This document shows positions 57,905-64,000 of a stretch of DNA of 64,000 nt, piece by piece. Numbering within the stretch: position 1 is the first letter of the stretch; each line of letters begins with the position of its first letter. Where the stretch lies: the NCBI RefSeq assembly GCF_009914755.1, contig NC_060929.1; one strand, written 5' to 3'. The stretch is from the human T2T-CHM13v2.0 reference genome, Homo sapiens. The notes beneath the pieces are model-generated. The model did no database searches, had not been told where the DNA came from, and was given only the letters and a program-made list of their open reading frames with translations. The translations under genes and the position numbers were made by a program.

Positions 57905-60136
57905 GCCGACCACCAACGGAGCCTGGAAGAAGAGCAACTCGGAAAAGCAACGGTTCTCTGGCACTCTGGGATACCGTCACCACCGCTGACCGGGAAGGCT
58001 GAGCCCTCGTGGGCCCTCCGCCCGGCTGCGCCTCCGCTCTGCTCCGCCAACGGCCCCGCCCGCTGGAGGCCCGACAACAGCCGCCGGCATGGCCGGCGCG
58101 TCACTGCGCGTGCGCGGCCGGGGCTGGGCCGGGGCTCCGAAGCTCGGCCGGGGCTCCGAGCTTGTTGAATTACATTTCCCTCATGCTACATTAGCACTAA
58201 TTTTAAAAGGGATATACAATATGTATATCTCTATTATGTGATAAGTTAAGCTGTTGTATTCTGAAATTTAAAAGCATTATTTTCAGTGAAAAAAACCACA
58301 CAAATAGAAATGTGTACAAAAAACTCACTGAATGATATTTCTTTAATAGTAAAGGCACAATATGTCAAAACCTCCTCTTTCCTTTTTGCAACGATGTAGA
58401 ACTGCAAAGTTAGCTAATGTCATCTCCTAATTAAACAAAATCAACTGTGAGAAAATTAAACTGATTGCTTCACAATTACGGTTGAGCAAACACTCAGTTT
58501 GTCCCTATTTCATCTCCTGCTTTAGATCTTTGAGAAATTTCCCATTGTTTTGCTTCCTTAGATTTACAGGGAAGAATATCTTAATATTCTTTAATGAACT
58601 TGCATTTGTAGCATCTATACTAATGTTACATCAACTAGGCCTTATGCATACATATTTATAACTTAAAATATTCTGCACAAATATGATATATTTTAAAGTC
58701 TATACCTCTTATAAGTATTATCTTTTCTGCTGAAATTCAAGGCTATCAAATAAGTGTATGTTTTTAGAGTTGTACAGTGAGATTTGAAAGCAGTCATGAT
58801 ATAATCACTGTAATTTTTTTAATTAAATGGTGGCAGATAGGCCAGATAAATTGCGGGAAAGGGTCAGATAAATGATGTTATGAATGAGGTAAACTTTTAT
58901 CATATTTTGTATTATTTGTTATCTATGCTTCTGTTTACATAGCAGGATGACTCTATTGCATTCTGTCATTAACACTGATTTGTCCATATCAGTGCAAGTG
59001 AAATCTGCCCTACCCTAAATGAACCAGTTATTTCTAACCTACACCATCAAGAAAAGGTTATGTCTATCAACCTCCATTACATATTATATAGAATATACAC
59101 AATATACATTCTAGATATATGAAGTCTTTGCATACATCTGAGTTATGCGTATGAGTATACATTTATATATACTTATATATATGTTTAAGATATATATTTC
59201 TGAGGATCCATATATGTCAGTGAACATGTACTCAATGAACTTTCATTATTGTGCAAACATAAACAGTGCAGTGTTATGGGATATTCCAACCAATTATAAG
59301 ATCAAATCTCTTCACTTATTCTATTTGTTTTTGTTGTTATTGTTGTTGCTTTTTGAGACGGAGGAGTCTTGCTCTGTCACCCAGGCTGGATGGAGTGCAG
59401 TGGCGTGATCTCAGTGCACTGCAGCATCCGCCTCCTGGGTTCAAGCAATTCTTCTTCTTCAGCCTCCCAAGTAGCTGAAATTACAGGTGCGTGCCACCAC
59501 ACTTGGCTAATTTTTGCATTTTTAGTAGAGATGGGTTTTCACCATGTGGGCCAGGCTGGGTTTGAACTCCTGACCTAAAGTGATCTGCCTGCCTCAGCCT
59601 CCCAAAGTGCTGGGACTACAGGTGTGAGCCACTGCATCCAGCCTCTATTTGTTCATTTTTATAAGGCAATTTCTCACTCAAGATGTAGAATCCCTTTTCT
59701 TTTCTTACTTCATTATTTTTTTCTAGAAGCCAATGTTAAAAAGAGAAGTGTATTAAGAGACACTTTAAAAAGATGAGATTTACAAAAACATCTTGATAAT
59801 AAGAAAAAAAACCATATGTCATTTATATCTAAATCAATCAGATACCTTTAAGGCTTGTCTCATAGGATCCTATAACCAGGGTTTTTAAAACTGCTTTATA
59901 TTAAGAATAGCTAAGAAATGGGAACTTAATCTGCCTTCCTCTTATGAATTCTACACCACAGCCAGTATGAGCTGAGATAATATTAGATACTCTTAATGTT
60001 ATTGTTCCTGCACCTCATATTCATGAAAATTGCATAGATATTTAGAGAAATCTACATTCCACTAAACATCTATTTATCTATTTATATATGTATTTACAAT
60101 TTTTGCATTTAAGAATATGCATGCATTCACTCAATG

Positions 60137-60515
60137 TGATATAGTTAGGCTTTGTGTCCCCACCCAAATCTCATCTTGAATTATTATCTCCGTAATCCCC
60201 ACCTAGCAAGGGAGAGACCTGGTGGAGGTAATTGAATCATGGGGGTGGTTTGCCCCTTGCTGTTCTTGTGATAGTGAGTGAGTTCTCAGGTTATCTGATG
60301 GTTTTATAAGGAGTTCTTCCCCGCTTTGCTCGGCACTTCTTCCTGCCACCTTGTGAAGAAGTTTCCTTGCTTCCCTTTCAACTTCTGCTATGATTTCCTA
60401 AGTTTCCTGAGGCCTCCCCAGCCATGCTTAATTGTAATTCAGTTAAACCTCTTTCGTTTATGAATTACACAGTCTCTGGCAGTTCTTTATAGCAGTATGA
60501 AAACAAAGTAAAACA
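60137..60515 (+). mobile_element. THE1D-like solo LTR
   Basis: tgatatagttaggctttgtgtccccacccaaatctcatcttgaatt...gttctttatagcagtatgaaaac. Confidence 0.9.
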
Positions 60516-63500
60516 GCATGTTTTGACATGTCCGTATAATTTGGTTGACTCACCTGGCCCCTTGCAGTTTGGTATAAATTGTAATACAATTTCCATGTTT
60601 ATTTATCTCTATCAAATAATGAAAACATGGCATCTGCATTCAGAGATAAAGTTTCTCATTTTTATACAGGCACAAGTTTTACCTAGTAAATAATGTTTAA
60701 ATAACTTAAAACCAAGTTCTAGTTATACTATCTATTACTCCAATTTGGTCTCAATAAATCACATGAAAGGAAGGTAGATATTGTTATTTTCATCTAAGAG
60801 GAAACCCAGTTTGAGAAAAATGAAATAACTTGCTTAAGGTCACAAATCCAGTAAGTAGTGGAGGCTAAACTGAAATCAAGGTTTTCAGGCTCCAAATTCT
60901 CTATTTTTGAATGTTATATAACTCAACCAAGTAAATATCATATATTAAGGTAAAAAACATCTTTCACACTTTTATACTACTAAACTCTATTACAATTCTC
61001 TATAGAATAACACATGGACATTTTAGCAGTTCTGTAAAACATCAGAGTAAAAGCTTTTCACCTGTAACTCACTGTCAACTGAAAGACAAATTTTACTCTC
61101 TTAAAAATAGAAGAAATATCATTTGCAAGTAGAAGAGACAATGATGCACTTTTTCATTTTCTTAACTCAACTGGAATTAAAATTATATTAACTCATCATT
61201 TTTCTCTTTCATATCACAAATAACTTATTCTGCTTCTCACTATTGTAATGTGTTTTTTTAAAGTCTAACAACTCTTTCACTTATTTGACAACATTATATT
61301 AGAGTTAAAGTTAAAAACATTTTTTCTTTTGATGTTTAAAAATACAATACAAACAATGGAAAATGGAATTTGCATGTCATTGTACGTTGCAGACTCCAAG
61401 TGGAATTTGCTAATCACAAATTCCAATAGCATATATATTCTTATATCTCTAGTTGTTAAACTGATCGTTAATAATTAAACTTTTCAAAAATATAGTGTAT
61501 ATTTTAATTATATAAGAATATGTAAATTTTGGATGCAATTAATATTTAAACCATTAATCTGCACTTCAATAATACAGAGTTGACTCTTTTGAGATAAAAG
61601 TCAGCCAGGATTACAAACTCTAGTAGTATTTTTTAATAAATAAAAAATATTGAAGAAACAGCTTTGTTTTCCAATCCCTAGTTTTCTTCATTTGGTAAAT
61701 AAATGTTTGCTGAACATGTATAAAATGTCAAGTATTGTGTGTGCTTTGATAGTTATGTATAAGCATGAGATATGAACTGTTCATAGAATATTAATCTTTT
61801 TTGCATATTTGCTTATTTCATGTTCTTTTTTCAGTAAGACTTTGTGCCTTATAATTGCATATAACCCAACAGAATGAAATACAATAAAATTAATTAGATG
61901 AGGACATCAAAATGAAAGAAAAATAAAAATTCTTTGAAACCAGGGACTAAGTTAGTATACAAAGTCCATGCCAAGAAGAATTAGTTTCTAGCAATGTATT
62001 CCACATGTGGCTCTAAGTGTTCTGTCTATCCACAAATAGAAAAAAACAGATACAATTACATGATTCAGATCTTCCAGAAGTTAAATGAACATACACACAA
62101 TTGTTTTGTTCAATAAAAGGCAAAACTATTCCTTTTAGCTGCATAATAAAAAAATCTCTCATTATCCTTTTTCTAAGAGTACTGAAAATAATGGCCATCA
62201 ACAATAACTTTAAGTAAATAATCTGATGTTTCACAGAATATTTTCTTGTAATTTCCCCCTCTGAGTCTTTGTAAGAATATTTTGTAAAAGCACTTCTGTA
62301 AGATCTGAATTTTGTGTGGTTGAGTATTAATACTCTATGCAGGTCTGGCTTCATTACAGGAAGAATTTCCAGTATCCAGAGAAAATGGCTGGCCCATAGT
62401 CCTTCTGGCATGCCTTCATAAATGCTGCTTATTTTCACTAACCTCTCCATCTGTACTGAGTGGCAGTATGTTTATGGTTATTTCCCTCGAAAAGAGACTA
62501 AAGTTCAGAGAGCCTTTATTGTGTGTTAATTGCAAATCCTACACTAAAAAAGTCAGCTAAACCTGGGCTAGTAATGACGCAAGCATGAATCAAAAGGCAT
62601 CTCACCTTTGCTCAGAGGGAAACTTCAAGGAATCCTTGAAGTCAAACATCCCTTCAAAGACTGTTAAGACACAAATGAATAGGGATTGGGCCCCAAAATT
62701 CTGAATCAGAGCATTACAGGATGTAAATCTCATGGAGAAAAGAACACGTACGTCCGGCAGAATGGGATAGGCACATATAATTCTAAACAGCACATAGTTT
62801 GAGATTTACAGTTAAATAGTAGAGATGACTGAGAATATTGTTGACCCAGGGCAAGGAAAATTTTGTCATTGGGCACAATTGAGAATAATGAATTTATAAT
62901 AAGCTGGATTCAGACAATTCTGTATCCTTACCCATGAATGGATAAACCAGAGAGTGGGACTAATAAAGTGTTCACAGATTGCATATTTTATTTGGAAAAC
63001 TATCAAGGATAATTAAAGGGGCAAGAGATTAGCTAAGATATAATTGGTTCTGGGAACAAAAGCAATAGAGTTCCATGAAGCAAAGAGCATTCATGATTTG
63101 GGTGAAGCGGGGCATTCACCCAGAATAAAAGACTTGCTAAGTTTGCTCAGGTTACATCAGGGACACATGTAATATAGGTGGTTAAATAGATGGGGGGGTT
63201 AATGCCCATAAATTCTTAGTCCAGCATTCTCATGATGACAGGAAAAGTAAGAAGATATTGTCCTATTTATGTGAAAACTGGCATGGAAAAGGGAGAAGCA
63301 AAAGAGAAAATTTTACAATCCATTAATTAGTTTCATTAGCTTAAGATATACTCACATATATGCATCATCAAAATTCTGGAAAATTAGGCCACTACTAACA
63401 CAGCTTCCAATATGTTGGTAAAGCAATAGTTCATCAAGATTAAAAATAACTTAGTATATACATTTCTCAGGTACATTTTATATTTTTAGTCAAAGAGCCC

Positions 63501-64000
63501 ACACAATTGTTTTATGTTGATATGGAAAAGACAGTGCTGACCCATTTCTCGTAAAGTGAGAAACTAGAACTTTTCTTTCTTTCTTTCTTTCCTTCTTTCT
63601 CTTTTTTCTTTTTTTTTTTCTTTTTTTTTGAGACAGTTTCTTGGCTCACTGCAACCTCTGCCTCCCAGGTTCAAGCAATTCTCCTGCCTCAGCCTCCCAA
63701 ATGGCTGGAATTACAGGCAACCGCCACCACGCTCAGCTAATTTTTGCATTTTTAGTAAAGATGAGGTTTTGCCATGCTGGCCAGGCTGGTCTGGAACTCT
63801 TGGCCTCAAGTGATCCACCTGCCTCGGCCTCCCGAAGTGCAGGGATTACAGGCATGAATCACCGCGCCGGGCCAACTACAAACTTTCTTCTAGAACACAT
63901 AACGTTAAAAATAAAAATGTTAAAATTAATGATTTATTTATTTTTACTGCACAGTTGAGTTGATGTTAATGTAAAGTAAATTCTTAAAAGTTACAATCAA

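Noticed and set aside
62013-62450. 145-aa minus-strand ORF in AT-rich DNA
   Set aside because: No recognisable domain, promoter or exon structure. Its length is somewhat unusual for AT-rich DNA, so BLASTP and PhyloCSF would settle it, but nothing here supports a gene.

Overview
Human genomic DNA from the 5q13 spinal muscular atrophy segmental duplication, with genes on the minus strand. It holds a complete SMN2-type gene: ATG at 33658, exons 1, 2a, 2b, 3-8, and poly(A) signal at 5768-5773. Every SMN1/SMN2 diagnostic site I could check has the SMN2 allele. Upstream in tandem lies SERF1 (SERF1B by adjacency; ATG 57904) with two alternative terminal exons. The rest is mostly retroelements: dozens of Alus (many nested), a young dead L1PA fragment with a twin-priming-like end, solo ERV1/MaLR LTRs, a piggyBac MITE and microsatellites. 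The most unexpected element is a sense-oriented TOMM5 processed retrocopy (about 39717-40768) in the 3' region of the long SERF1 terminal exon. It has lost its ATG but keeps an uninterrupted frame encoding the tail anchor. It sits downstream of a SERF1 C-terminus that is itself an exonised MLT1 LTR. Almost all short ORFs in the supplied track are Alu/L1 translations. All calls are by eye and from recalled reference sequences; no searches were run.
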